The notes: generated by a model not told the origin, from the sequence alone. DNA of 64,000 nucleotides from Chloroflexota bacterium (GCA_963662335.2 CAXXVD010000005.1:480001-544000), one strand, 5' to 3'; numbered from the stretch's first letter, positions 30,342 through 40,589 are shown. Numbers and translations are program-made.

Positions 30342-31253
30342 ATGTGCGGCATAATTGGCTTTCTCGACAAGAAGAGCAACGGCGCGACGCCGGTTGGCGC
30401 TACCGTGCTTACGATGCTCGACGCCTTGGCCTGCCGCGGGCCGGATTCAGCCGGCGTGGCGCTCTACACCGGCACGGGCAACGGGCACACCGTCCTGCGC
30501 GTCAAGCTGGGCGAAAACGGCGACTTCGGCGGACGGCGCGAGAACATCACGGAACGAGTCCAGGCCCTTGGCGAGATCCTGGAATCATCGACCAACGAGG
30601 AGTACCTGCGGCTCGCACTCGACTTTAAAGGCGATCCGCGCGAGCTCAGCGCCCTGATCGAGGCGGAAGCCGACAACGTGGAAGTCGTGAGCATGGGCGA
30701 CGCGTTGGAAATCGTGAAGCAGGTAGGCTCTCCGGAGAATCTCGAGGAGACGCACGCCGTTTCCCGCATCACCGGCACCCACGGCATCGGGCACACGCGC
30801 CTTTCCACCGAATCGCGGGTGGACCTGAGCCACTCGCAGCCCTTCTGGGCACACGGTACGCCGGATCTCGCGGTGGTGCACAACGGCCACATCACGAACT
30901 ACCACAATTTGCGCCGCCGCTACGAGCAGCACGGCGTGCGCTTCTACACCGACAACGACTCTGAGATTATCGGCGTCTATCTGGCCGACCGGCTCTCGCA
31001 GGGCATGTCGCTGCGCGAGGCGCTAACGGCTTCCCTCTACGACCTGGACGGCTCCTTTAGCTACCTGGCCGCCACCAAGGACGAATTGGGCTTTGCCAAA
31101 GACCGCTTTGCCCTCAAGCCGCTGCTCTTTACCGAGACCGACGAGGCCGTGGTGGTCGCCACCGAGGAGATTGCCATCGAGAACGCCTTTCCCGGCATCG
31201 GCGGCGTGCGCGAAGCGCAAGCGAAGGAAGTGCGGGTATGGCAGTTGAACTAG
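30342..31253 (+). CDS. glxB: Class II glutamine amidotransferase, N-methylglutamate synthase subunit A (GlxB/MgsA)
   Basis: N-terminal MCGIIG (Ntn Cys), RGPDSAG, GHTRLSTES, VHNG, NDSE; first gene of the glxBCD-like trio. Confidence 0.8.
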   Translation: MCGIIGFLDKKSNGATPVGATVLTMLDALACRGPDSAGVALYTGTGNGHTVLRVKLGENGDFGGRRENITERVQALGEILESSTNEEYLRLALDFKGDPRELSALIEAEADNVEVVSMGDALEIVKQVGSPENLEETHAVSRITGTHGIGHTRLSTESRVDLSHSQPFWAHGTPDLAVVHNGHITNYHNLRRRYEQHGVRFYTDNDSEIIGVYLADRLSQGMSLREALTASLYDLDGSFSYLAATKDELGFAKDRFALKPLLFTETDEAVVVATEEIAIENAFPGIGGVREAQAKEVRVWQLN

Positions 31254-31951
31254 ATTGCGCCGGCAAGTCCATTCGCGAAATCAATACGGCAATCAAGGAG
31301 CACATCGCAAACGGAGAATCAGAGGTGCTGGTGCGCAATCCCGGCGCGCGGCACAATCTCGGCGTGGCCTTGCTCCAACCCGCCACCGTGACCTTCGACG
31401 GCAGCGTGGGCTACTTCTGCGGCGGCCTGATGGACGGCGCCACGGTGGAGATAAACGGCAGCACCGGCTGGGGACTGGCGGAATCGATGCTCTCCGGTAC
31501 CGTCATCGTCCGCGGCAGCGCCGGCAACGGGGCCGCGGCCACCATTCGCGGCGGCACCGTGGTCATCCACAAGCACGCGGCCGCCCGCGCCGGCGTGGCG
31601 ATGAAAGGCGGCCTGCTGCTCATCGGCGGCAACTGCGGCTACATGGCCGGCTTCATGGGCCAGCGCGGCACGATCGTCGTCTGCGGCGACGTGGGCGAGG
31701 CGTTCGCCGACTCTATGTACGAGACCGTCTGCTACGTGGGCGGCAAGATCGCCGACCTGGGCAATGACACGGTCGTTGAGGCTCCCGCCGCTGAGGACCT
31801 GGTGTATCTGGAAGCCACGTTCGCCGAGCACTTGCCGGAACGGCAGGCAGAACTGATGGCGCGCCTTTCCGGCTTCAAGAAGATCGTCTCCGGGCGGCGG
31901 TTGTGGAATTTCGATAAGGCCGATTGGGAAGCCTGGCAGCAAGTCGTGTAG
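31238..31951 (+). CDS. glxC: GXGXG-domain protein, N-methylglutamate synthase subunit B (GlxC/MgsB)
   Basis: NPGARHNLGV, GSVGYFCGG, repeated Gly beta-helix motifs, GEAFADSMYE, FKKIVSGRRLWNF. Confidence 0.82.
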   Translation: MAVELDCAGKSIREINTAIKEHIANGESEVLVRNPGARHNLGVALLQPATVTFDGSVGYFCGGLMDGATVEINGSTGWGLAESMLSGTVIVRGSAGNGAAATIRGGTVVIHKHAAARAGVAMKGGLLLIGGNCGYMAGFMGQRGTIVVCGDVGEAFADSMYETVCYVGGKIADLGNDTVVEAPAAEDLVYLEATFAEHLPERQAELMARLSGFKKIVSGRRLWNFDKADWEAWQQVV

Positions 31952-32001
31952 GCATGGAGAGCGGATTTCTTCGTCAATACATTGAAGAGGATACAACCAA
32001 G

Positions 32002-32135
32002 CCGTTCGCCCTGAGCAGCGTCGAAGGGTGAACGGCGGCGGAAGCGGGTAGCTACTCCGCACACACATCTCTCCGTTCATGCTTCGACAAGGGCTTTGTG
32101 AAGCCCAGGCTTCACGCAGCCCTCAGCACGAACGG
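32002..32135. repeat. Family A element with nested hairpin, inside glxC-glxD intergenic region
   Basis: Reverse-orientation homolog of 9947-10050; arm interrupted by GGGCTTTGTGAAGCCCAGGCTTCACGCAGCCC at 32091-32122. Confidence 0.8.
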
Positions 32136-32312
32136 AGAAAGCAGGGCTCATTCTCATCGCCCTGTGTGGCCGGCGGACAGTCACGGTGGTTTCCGCGAAA
32201 GCACGACGCTATCTATCCCGCGAAAGCGGGAACCCATCCTCACAAGCATGGACGCCGCCAGAGGCCAAGAACTAGCTGCAAACAACTCAGCCCACCAGAG
32301 GAGCGCGGGAAG

Positions 32313-33662
32313 ATGACAGACGGCGAAAACGGCCGCCTGCGACCGAGTGGAACGTACACCCCCGAGGTGATTGCCGAGATTCAAGAAAAAGCGCAACTGG
32401 GGCGCTACCTCATGCGCGGTTTCGGCACCCTGCGCGAGCGCAATTGGGCGACGTTCGACGACCTGACGTTTCTCCCGTGCACCCTGACCCGCATCCCGCT
32501 GGAAGGCTACCGCGAACACTGCTCGACCAAGACCGTGATCGGCAGGCGCTACGCGGAGCAACCCATCGAACTCGACCTTCCCATTATGATTACGGGCATG
32601 AGTTGGGGCGCGCTCTCGTACAACGCCAAAGTGGCCCTGGCCCAGGGCGCGGCCGCGGTCGGCTCCTCGAACACCACCGGCGACGGCGGCATGTTGGAAG
32701 CCGAACGCGAACACAGCAAGACCCTGGTGTATGAGGTCTTGCCCTCGCGCTACGGTGTCAGCATCCACCACGCCCGCGCCGCCGACGCCATCGAACTGAC
32801 CATCGGCCAGGGAGCAAAACCGGGCACCGGCGGCCTGCTGCTCGGCTCCAAGGTCTCGGACGTGATTGCCGAGCAGCGCGACCTGCCGGTCGGCGTTGAC
32901 CAACGCAGCCCGGCGCGCCACCCGGACTTCCTGGGCCCCGACGACATGATCATCAAGGTGGAGGAACTCCGCGAGGCCACCGACTGGCGCGTGCCGATCT
33001 TCATCAAGATGGGCGCGACCCGCGTCTTCGACGACGTGCGGCTGGCCGCCAAAGCCGGCGCGGACGCGGTGGTGGTGGACGGCATGGAAGGCGGCACCGG
33101 CGCGTCACCGGAGATGCTCCAGGAGCACACGGGCATTCCCACCCTGGCCGCGGTCTGCGAGGCGCGCGCGGCCCTGGAAGACCTGGGGCTCTACGGCGAA
33201 GTGCAACTCATCATCGCCGGCGGCATCCGCCACGGCGTGGACGCCGCCAAAGCGCTGGCGCTCGGCGCGGACGCGGTCTACATCGGCACCTCCGCCCTGA
33301 TCGCCCTCAACTGCAACCGTCCGCTCTACGTGGAAGACTACGAGAAACTCGGTACCAAGCCCGGCTTCTGCCACCACTGCCACACCGGACGCTGCCCGGT
33401 GGGCATCACCACCCAAGACCCGGAACTCATGAAGCGCCTGCCGATCGACGAGGCCGCCGAACGGGTCTCCAGCTACCTGCGCGCGATGGTCTCGGAGATG
33501 CAGATGCTGGCCCGCGCCTGCGGCAAGGCCGACGTGCACGACCTGGACCCGGACGACCTGCGCGCCCTCTCCGCCGAAGCCTCGATGATCTGCGGCATCC
33601 CCCTGGTCGGCACCAACCGCATCGTCGGCGGCGGCCCGGGCTGGGAAGAGCGCGGGCACTAG
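32313..33662 (+). CDS. glxD: FMN-binding glutamate synthase-like protein, N-methylglutamate synthase subunit C (GlxD/MgsC)
   Basis: RIPLEGYRE, GMSWGALS, TTGDGGM, GQGAKPG, VDQRSPARHPD, DGMEGGTGA, CHHCHTGRCPVGITTQ; start trimmed to MTDGEN. Confidence 0.88.
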   Translation: MTDGENGRLRPSGTYTPEVIAEIQEKAQLGRYLMRGFGTLRERNWATFDDLTFLPCTLTRIPLEGYREHCSTKTVIGRRYAEQPIELDLPIMITGMSWGALSYNAKVALAQGAAAVGSSNTTGDGGMLEAEREHSKTLVYEVLPSRYGVSIHHARAADAIELTIGQGAKPGTGGLLLGSKVSDVIAEQRDLPVGVDQRSPARHPDFLGPDDMIIKVEELREATDWRVPIFIKMGATRVFDDVRLAAKAGADAVVVDGMEGGTGASPEMLQEHTGIPTLAAVCEARAALEDLGLYGEVQLIIAGGIRHGVDAAKALALGADAVYIGTSALIALNCNRPLYVEDYEKLGTKPGFCHHCHTGRCPVGITTQDPELMKRLPIDEAAERVSSYLRAMVSEMQMLARACGKADVHDLDPDDLRALSAEASMICGIPLVGTNRIVGGGPGWEERGH

Positions 33663-33680
33663 GCAAGAAAGCCTGCACCA

Positions 33681-34985
33681 ATGGCAATCCGCCGCCTCAA
33701 AGTCTCCAACTTCCGCAGTTTCAACGAGCTAGACGTCGAACTCGGTGACTTCAACGTGCTCATCGGCGCGAACGCGTCCGGGAAGTCGAACTTCGTAGCG
33801 ATCTTTCGCTTTCTGCGAGACATTGCCACGTCTGGTCTTGACGACGCAATCTCCTTACAGGGCGGAGCGGAGTACTTGCTCAACGCTCAAAGTGAGGAGC
33901 GTATCCCTCTTGCCGTTTCGATTTCTGCAGACGCTACCGGCGACTACGTCTTTGCTGGTCTGAATGGTGAAGAAGCCCAAGATGATTGCCGCTATTACGT
34001 GGCGGTGCGCAAGGTAGACTACAGCTTTGCTCTAGACTTTAGTGGCGCTGGCCAACCTGAGATACGCGAAGACAAGCTTGACCTCACGTGCGAATTCACG
34101 CGGGAACCAAAGGAAAGCGCCGAGGAACCTGGGACTGCAAACAGTCGATATAGTGGAGTCATTAGTCTAACAGCCAAGGACGGGCTGCCTGTATTCACGA
34201 CGAGCATTCCACTCATCACTCTCTTCGATGGATTCAAAGAGATTTCGCAGAGCGTCTTTACTGCCTTACGCAAGCATAGTGTGAGTGAGACTGCACCTTC
34301 AGCACTCTTGCTTGAGAAAGCCTTCTTCTACATTCCCATATTTGCAGACGCTTCACGAGCGTTCACCGGCAGCAACATTGCCTTCCATACCTTCAATTCG
34401 CAACTGGCAAGAAAGCCATCGGAAGTCGGAGCTAAGGCTGGGCTAGCGGAGGATGGCAGCAACCTCGCTCTGGTACTGCGGAAGATCTTCGCGGATAGCG
34501 AAGAAAAGCGGCGCTTCCTGCTTCACTACCGTGATATTCTGCCGTTCGTGGCAGATGTGGATGTGGAGACGCTCGACCGTTCCCTTCTCATCATGTTCAG
34601 AGAAACCTACACGCCCGACCGCATGTTCCCTTCAACTTTCGCAGCAGATGGAACGATGGATGCAGCCGCTCTCGTGGCGGCCCTCTACTTCCAGGAGCGC
34701 GCGGTTGTCATCATCGAGGAACCGGAAAGACACTTGCACCCGAATCTTATTGCAAAGCTAGTTGCAATGTTGGAAGACGTTTTAGAACATAAGCAAATCA
34801 TCGTCACCACGCACAACCCTGAACTAGTCAAGCATTCCAGACGTGAGGACATTCTGCTTGTGTCGCGGGATACCGACGGACACTCCAAGATATCCAGACC
34901 TGCCGAAAGGGAGCACGTGCAAGTGTTTCTCGAAAACGACCTAGGCATTGAGGATCTCTACGTCGACAACCTACTGGAAGGTTGA
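33681..34985 (+). CDS. ABC-type AAA ATPase (AAA_21/AAA_15-like)
   Basis: NFRSF, GANASGKSN Walker A, ADGT signature, IIEEPERHLHP Walker B, TTHN; lower GC than flanks. Confidence 0.85.
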   Translation: MAIRRLKVSNFRSFNELDVELGDFNVLIGANASGKSNFVAIFRFLRDIATSGLDDAISLQGGAEYLLNAQSEERIPLAVSISADATGDYVFAGLNGEEAQDDCRYYVAVRKVDYSFALDFSGAGQPEIREDKLDLTCEFTREPKESAEEPGTANSRYSGVISLTAKDGLPVFTTSIPLITLFDGFKEISQSVFTALRKHSVSETAPSALLLEKAFFYIPIFADASRAFTGSNIAFHTFNSQLARKPSEVGAKAGLAEDGSNLALVLRKIFADSEEKRRFLLHYRDILPFVADVDVETLDRSLLIMFRETYTPDRMFPSTFAADGTMDAAALVAALYFQERAVVIIEEPERHLHPNLIAKLVAMLEDVLEHKQIIVTTHNPELVKHSRREDILLVSRDTDGHSKISRPAEREHVQVFLENDLGIEDLYVDNLLEG

Positions 34986-35518
34986 GTGTGCCATACCGGC
35001 GGCTGTACATTTGTGTGGAGGGCCCTGACGACGAGTTGTTCTTCGATAGAGTAGTGAAGCCCCAACTGGAGGGCGTGTATGATGACATTAGCTTCTTTAG
35101 GCATGCTGAGAAGTCCACCAAGAAATGCAGGAGTTTTCTCAATAGCGTTAGGAAGACCGTCGGAGCGGATGTCATTTGGGTTTGCGATAATGACAGAGTG
35201 CCGTGCGTGACAGTTAGGAAAGAGAAAGTTAAGGAGCGGCTGCAAGTCAAATTCGACCTTAGCATCTTGGTGGTCGTCACTGAAATTGAAAGTTGGTTTC
35301 TTGCTGGCATCGGTGAACAGAGTAGCCGAGACTTGCGTACCGACGAATTGCCCAATACAGATAGAGTCACCAAGGATGCATTCCTTGACATGCGACCGCC
35401 AAGAATAAAAACCAACCGGGAATTCATGCTGGCAATTCTCGATCACTTTTCAGTCGAGACAGCGAAAGTCAAGAATCGTTCATTTCGCTATTTATGCCAG
35501 AACTACCTTTGCAATTAG
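34982..35518 (+). CDS. TOPRIM-like ATPase partner (DUF4276/DUF4435/RloB-like)
   Basis: ICVEGPDD, CDND, EIESWFLAG motifs; overlaps the ATPase stop; low GC. Confidence 0.65.
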   Translation: MSVPYRRLYICVEGPDDELFFDRVVKPQLEGVYDDISFFRHAEKSTKKCRSFLNSVRKTVGADVIWVCDNDRVPCVTVRKEKVKERLQVKFDLSILVVVTEIESWFLAGIGEQSSRDLRTDELPNTDRVTKDAFLDMRPPRIKTNREFMLAILDHFSVETAKVKNRSFRYLCQNYLCN

Positions 35519-35612
35519 CATCCAGGAGTCCTAATTCAACTGGCGCATGCTGGCTAGGGGCCACTATCCATGACACCCACCTCAATCCAGGCTATCTCGG
35601 AGTAACACTCTC

Positions 35613-35873
35613 GTGTCATTCCTAATACCCTGTCCCAACTGCGGCCAGCGCAGCGTTTATGAGTTTCGCTTTGGCGGTGAGGTGAAGACGCGGCCGGCGG
35701 CGGGTTCCAGCGATGAGGCGTGGTTGGGATACAGCTATGCCGCGGCGAACAACGCGCGCTCGCAGAAGGAGTGGTGGTTCCACACGTACGGCTGCCGCCA
35801 GTGGTTGTTTGCCGTGCGGGATACGGTGACGAATGAGGTCAGTGAAACCAGCCTGCCCGAGGAGACGCCGTGA
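35613..35873 (+). CDS. soxD: Sarcosine oxidase delta-like subunit (N-methylglutamate dehydrogenase)
   Basis: IPCPNCGQR..EF, EWWFHTYGCRQW, RDTVTNE zinc-binding motif. Confidence 0.88.
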   Translation: MSFLIPCPNCGQRSVYEFRFGGEVKTRPAAGSSDEAWLGYSYAAANNARSQKEWWFHTYGCRQWLFAVRDTVTNEVSETSLPEETP

Positions 35874-38644
35874 GTCGCGCTTCAGATTCCCGTCATTCCC
35901 GCAAAAGCGGGAATCCATCTTCTGCCGCGTCGGAGAGTAACGCGCAGTCCGCGGTCACCATTCATTTCAACGGCAAGCCGATCGCGGCGCAGCCGGACGA
36001 CACGGTGGCCTCCGCGCTTTATCGCTCCGGCCGGCGCATCTTCAGCCGCAGTTTCAAGTATCATCGTCCGCGCGGTTTGCTCTGCGTGGCGGGCCGGTGT
36101 CCCAACTGCCTGATGAACGTGGACGGCGCGCCCAACGTGCGCGCTTGCGCGCAGCCGGTGCGCGACGGCATGACGGTCACGCACCAGAACGCCAATCCTT
36201 CCTTGGAGACCGACTTTCTGGCGGTGGCCGAACGCTTTGCCTGGGCCATGCCGGTGGGGTTCTATTACAAGACCTTCACCCATCCCTGGATGTGGCGCCT
36301 TGCCGAGCCGCTCATTCGCCGCGCCGCCGGCCTGGGCAAGGTGGACCAAGAGCCAAGTCCGGATGCGGAACACGCCTACGAGCACGTCTTCCTGCACACG
36401 ACTACGACCGTAGTCGGCGGCGGGCCGTACGGCATGCAAGCCGCCCTGGAAGCGGCAGCGCAGGGCGAAGACGTTGTTCTCATCGACGACCAACCAATTT
36501 TGGGCGGACACCTGCGCTATGCAGGCTCCGGCGGCAACGGTTCAGGCGCAACGCCGGCGTCCATGTCACAATCCACCGAAGAATCGCAACCCGACCGCGA
36601 GAGCCTTGCGCGGCGCGTTCATGAAAACCCGCGCATCACCGCCTTCACCAATGCCACCTGCTTCGGTCTCTACGAGGGCAATCTGCTGGCGTTTGCGCAC
36701 CGGCAGCCGGAATCCCCCGTCGCGCAATGCCTTACGCAACTGCGCACCAACCGCATCGTCATCGCCACCGGCGCTCACGAGATCCCGCTGCTCTTCGAAA
36801 ACAACGATCTTCCCGGCGTTATGTTGAGCAGCGGCGTCCTGCGTCTCATCGGCCTGCACGGGGTCAAACCTGGCGAACGCGCCGTTATCGTGGGCAATGA
36901 AGCAGCGGCGGAACCGCTCAAAGAGGCGTTGGAAGCTGCCAACATCACGCTGGCCGGCGTCGTGCCGCCCGCGCAGGTCGTCAAAGCCACCGGCCGCAAG
37001 CGCGTAACCGGACTCAAGACCACCGAGCGCGATTTCCCCTGCGATCTAGTCGTCGTTTGCGGCGACTGGGCGCCGGACGCGGGGCTCGTCGCGCAAGCGG
37101 GCGGCCACGTCGCATGGGACGAGGAGCGCGGCGTGTTCGCCACCGGCGCACTGCCGGACGGCGTATCCGCCGTGGGCGCAGTCACCGGCGAGTCACTGCC
37201 GCCCGCCGCCGGCCTCTCATTCCACGCCGACTCTAATCCCAAGAAAGTCTTCGTTTGTCCCTGCGAGGACGTTTCGCTCCACGACCTGGAAACCGCCATC
37301 GATGAAGGTTTCGACCACATCGAGACCCTCAAGCGCTATACCACCACCACCATGGGCCCCTGCCAGGGCAAGATGTGCCACCAGGCGGCCATCAGCGTCT
37401 GCGCACAGCATACCGGGCGCACAATTCAAGAAACCGGCAGGACCACCTCCCGTCCGCCCACCTCGCCCGTGCCGCTGGGCGCGCTGGCCGGGCCGCACCA
37501 GCATCCGGTCAAGCGCACGCCCATGCACGCCAAGCACGACGAAATCGGCTGCGTCTGGATGGACATGGGCGAGTGGAAGCGGCCGCTCTACTACGGCGCG
37601 CCGGACACCAAGCAAGAGTCGGTTGAGCAAGAGTACTGGGCGGTGCGCAAGCATGTAGGCCTCATCGACCTGAGCACACTCGGCAAGCTGGACGTCGTCG
37701 GCAAGGACGCCGGCAAACTCCTGGACAAGGTCTACACCAATCGCTTCTCCGATTTGCGCGTGGGCCGCGCGCGCTACGGCGTGATTTGCGACGAGGCCGG
37801 CATCATCCTGGACGACGGCACGGTCTCCCGCGTCGCCGACGATCGCTACTTCATTACCACCACCACCGGCAACATCGAGTTCGTGCAGGAGTGGCTGGAA
37901 TGGTGGCTGGCCGGCAGCGGCATGTGCGTCCACGTCACCAACGTCACCGGCGGCCTGGCGGCCGTGAACGTGGCCGGGCCCAAGGCCCGCGAGACGCTGG
38001 CCAAGCTCACCGAACGCGACCTGAGCAACAAGCGTTTCGGCTACATGCGCTGCCGCCGGGCGGAGGTGGCAGGCGTGCCCAGCCTCATGCTGCGCATCGG
38101 CTTCGTGGGCGAGACCGGCTGGGAGATTCACTATCCGGCGGAATACGGCGAGCACGTCTGGGACGCCATCCTGGAAGCGGGCAAAGAGTTCGACATCCGG
38201 CCCTTTGGCGTCGAGACCCAGCGCGTGCTCCGCCTGGAGAAGAAGCACGTGATCGTCAGCGTGGATACCGACGCCACCAGCAACCCCATCGAAGCCGACC
38301 TGGCGTGGGTCGCGAAACTCGACAAGCCCGACTTCATCGGCAAGGCCGCCATCAGCCGCGCCAAGGACCGCCCACCCCGCGAAAAGCTGGTGGGATTCGT
38401 CATGGATGACGACGTGCTGCCGCCGGACGGCTGCGTGATCATCGCCGGCGGCCAACCGGCGGGACGCATCACCAGCGTGCGCCGTTCGCCGGTAAACGAG
38501 AAAGTCATCGGCCTGGCCTGGGTTGCCGCAGACCTTGCGACGGCGGGCCAAACCATCACCATGCGCGTGGACGGCCGGCCCGCCACCGCGCGCATCAAAG
38601 ACGAGCCCTTCTACGATCCCGCGCAGAAACGGCTGCGCCAGTGA
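35870..38644 (+). CDS. soxA: Sarcosine oxidase alpha-like subunit (N-methylglutamate dehydrogenase)
   Basis: RSFKYHRPRG, CPNC, GFYYKTF, NDLPGVM, CPCEDV, LKRYTTTTMGPCQGK, C-terminal GcvT domain (RIGFVGETGWEI, LRLEK, FIGK). Confidence 0.9.
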   Translation: MSRASDSRHSRKSGNPSSAASESNAQSAVTIHFNGKPIAAQPDDTVASALYRSGRRIFSRSFKYHRPRGLLCVAGRCPNCLMNVDGAPNVRACAQPVRDGMTVTHQNANPSLETDFLAVAERFAWAMPVGFYYKTFTHPWMWRLAEPLIRRAAGLGKVDQEPSPDAEHAYEHVFLHTTTTVVGGGPYGMQAALEAAAQGEDVVLIDDQPILGGHLRYAGSGGNGSGATPASMSQSTEESQPDRESLARRVHENPRITAFTNATCFGLYEGNLLAFAHRQPESPVAQCLTQLRTNRIVIATGAHEIPLLFENNDLPGVMLSSGVLRLIGLHGVKPGERAVIVGNEAAAEPLKEALEAANITLAGVVPPAQVVKATGRKRVTGLKTTERDFPCDLVVVCGDWAPDAGLVAQAGGHVAWDEERGVFATGALPDGVSAVGAVTGESLPPAAGLSFHADSNPKKVFVCPCEDVSLHDLETAIDEGFDHIETLKRYTTTTMGPCQGKMCHQAAISVCAQHTGRTIQETGRTTSRPPTSPVPLGALAGPHQHPVKRTPMHAKHDEIGCVWMDMGEWKRPLYYGAPDTKQESVEQEYWAVRKHVGLIDLSTLGKLDVVGKDAGKLLDKVYTNRFSDLRVGRARYGVICDEAGIILDDGTVSRVADDRYFITTTTGNIEFVQEWLEWWLAGSGMCVHVTNVTGGLAAVNVAGPKARETLAKLTERDLSNKRFGYMRCRRAEVAGVPSLMLRIGFVGETGWEIHYPAEYGEHVWDAILEAGKEFDIRPFGVETQRVLRLEKKHVIVSVDTDATSNPIEADLAWVAKLDKPDFIGKAAISRAKDRPPREKLVGFVMDDDVLPPDGCVIIAGGQPAGRITSVRRSPVNEKVIGLAWVAADLATAGQTITMRVDGRPATARIKDEPFYDPAQKRLRQ

Positions 38645-39327
38645 GACCAGTGATGCAAGCGCCTCTCAAACAGTCCCCTCTCTATCACGTTCTTAATGGC
38701 GTAGGCGCCACAATTGGCCCCCACCATGGCTGGAATACCGCATTGTCAATCGCTGCCCCGGACGCGGAGGCGGCGGCAATTGCAGATGGCGTGTGCATCG
38801 CGGACGCAAGTTGGCTGGGAAAGTTGGAACTCAAAGGCCGCCACGAAGATTTGGCGTCACTCACCATAGACGGTGGCAAAGCCTGGAAACTAGCGCACGG
38901 GCACTATTTCATAGCGTGTGAGCCGGAGCAAACAGGCTCAATTGCCCAATCGCTAGCGGGGCAAGCGGAAGCACAGGAATCCGAGAGTGCGGGGAACGCA
39001 CGCTGCACTCACGTCATTGACGTGACCTCCGCTTACGCGGGGATCGTCGTCGCCGGCCCCAGCAGCCGCGACGTGCTCCAGCGGCTGACGGCGCCCGACG
39101 TTTCCCATGCTGCGCTGGCGGATGGGTCTTGCCTGAGCGCCAAGGTTGCCGGAATTCATGCGCGGGTAATCAGGGACGACCTTGGCGACGCGCTTGCCTA
39201 TTGGCTGTTCGTTGGCGCTGAGTACGCGGCATATGCCTGGGAAGCAATCATCCACGCCGGGCGGCCGTTCGGCATTGCGCCGGTAGGGTGTGAAGCCCTG
39301 ATGCAGGCGCGCAAAGGCGGCACATGA
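38641..39327 (+). CDS. soxG: Sarcosine oxidase gamma-like / GcvT-like subunit
   Basis: IDVTSAYAGIVVAGPSSRDVLQRL, YAAYAWEAI; GTGA overlap with soxA. Confidence 0.72.
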   Translation: MRPVMQAPLKQSPLYHVLNGVGATIGPHHGWNTALSIAAPDAEAAAIADGVCIADASWLGKLELKGRHEDLASLTIDGGKAWKLAHGHYFIACEPEQTGSIAQSLAGQAEAQESESAGNARCTHVIDVTSAYAGIVVAGPSSRDVLQRLTAPDVSHAALADGSCLSAKVAGIHARVIRDDLGDALAYWLFVGAEYAAYAWEAIIHAGRPFGIAPVGCEALMQARKGGT

Positions 39328-40589
39328 TCCAGTTGTTTCGCAAAGAGCGCATGTGGCGCGCGCAAGAACTCAAGCGCAGCTACGACGTCGTCATCATCGG
39401 CGCGGGCGTGCACGGTCTCGCCACGGCCTACTACCTGGGCAAGGACCACGGCATCACCAACGTTGCGGTGTTGGAGAAGAACTACCTGGGCGCCGGCAAC
39501 TCGGGCCGCAACACCGCCATCATCCGCGCCAACTACCGCACGCCGGAGGGCGTGCCCTTCTTCGCCCGCTCGCTGGCGCTCTACGAAGACCTCTCGCGGG
39601 AACTTGAGTGGAACCTGCTCTTCAACCAGTGCGGCCACCTGACCCTGGCCCACACCGACTCTTCGGTTGACGGCTTGCGCGTGCGGGCCGAGACCAACCA
39701 GATCATGGGCGTGGACAGCCGCGTCATCTATCCCGACGAAATCAAGAAACTCGTGCCCGCCCTGGACGTAAGCGACCGTCCGCGCCTGCCGGTGATGGCC
39801 GCCCTCTACCATCCGCCCGGCGGCATCATCCGCCACGACGCCGTAGTCTGGGGCTACGCCCGCGCTTGCGACCGCATGGGCATCGAGATCCATCCGTATA
39901 CGGAAGCGACGGGCATTGAGATCAACGGCTCGCTTGCGAACGACAACAGTGCTGCCCCAAGGGGCCTCAACACGCCGGACGGCAAGATCACCGGCGTTGA
40001 AACCACCGAGGGCGGCATCGCCACCAATACCGTCGTGAACTGCGCCGCCGGTTGGGCAACCACAGTCTCGCGCATGGTCGGCGTGGCCCTGCCAATTGTA
40101 ACCCAGCCACTGCAAGCCTGCGTCACCGAACCGCTCAAGCCGTTTCTCGACAAAGTCATCGTATCGGCAAACCTGCACGTCTACATCAGCCAATCGGACC
40201 GGGGCGATTGCGTCATGGGCGCGGAGGTTGACCCGTTTCAGTCCTACAGCATGTTGGGCACGCTGCCCACGCTGGAGCAGATGGCCACCTACACGCTGGA
40301 ACTCTTCCCCCAGTTGCACAACGTCAACGTCCTGCGCCAGTGGGCGGGCATCTGCGACATGACCCCCGACTTCTCGCCCATCATCGGCGCGGTAGACGGC
40401 TTGGCAGGCTACCACTTGGACGTCGGCTGGGGCACGTACGGCTTCAAGGCCGGCCCGGCGGCCGGCAAGTACCTGGCGGAACGTATCGCCACCGGCGAGA
40501 CGCCAAAGCTCATCGAGCCGTTTCGGCTGTCGCGCTTCCGCGAAGAGCACCTGGTAGGCGAGAAAGCCGCGGCGGCGGTGTCGCACTAG
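39324..40589 (+). CDS. soxB: Sarcosine oxidase beta-like subunit (FAD oxidoreductase)
   Basis: IIGAGVHGLATAYYL, GNSGRNTAIIRANY, RHDAVVWGYA, LQACVTEPLKP, YISQSDRG, RQWAGICDMTPD, GWGTYGFKA. Confidence 0.92.
   Translation: MIQLFRKERMWRAQELKRSYDVVIIGAGVHGLATAYYLGKDHGITNVAVLEKNYLGAGNSGRNTAIIRANYRTPEGVPFFARSLALYEDLSRELEWNLLFNQCGHLTLAHTDSSVDGLRVRAETNQIMGVDSRVIYPDEIKKLVPALDVSDRPRLPVMAALYHPPGGIIRHDAVVWGYARACDRMGIEIHPYTEATGIEINGSLANDNSAAPRGLNTPDGKITGVETTEGGIATNTVVNCAAGWATTVSRMVGVALPIVTQPLQACVTEPLKPFLDKVIVSANLHVYISQSDRGDCVMGAEVDPFQSYSMLGTLPTLEQMATYTLELFPQLHNVNVLRQWAGICDMTPDFSPIIGAVDGLAGYHLDVGWGTYGFKAGPAAGKYLAERIATGETPKLIEPFRLSRFREEHLVGEKAAAAVSH

Noticed and set aside
32079-32312. N-terminal extension of the glxD ORF (similar extensions on pcrA, tlyA, glnT, hsdR, type IIG)
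   Set aside because: Extensions run through intergenic or repeat DNA; family homology and RBS positions support the later starts.
30342-33662. Split glutamate synthase (gltB) pseudogene
   Set aside because: The three ORFs are intact and match the separate-subunit glxBCD/mgsABC organisation, next to glnT and sox-like genes.
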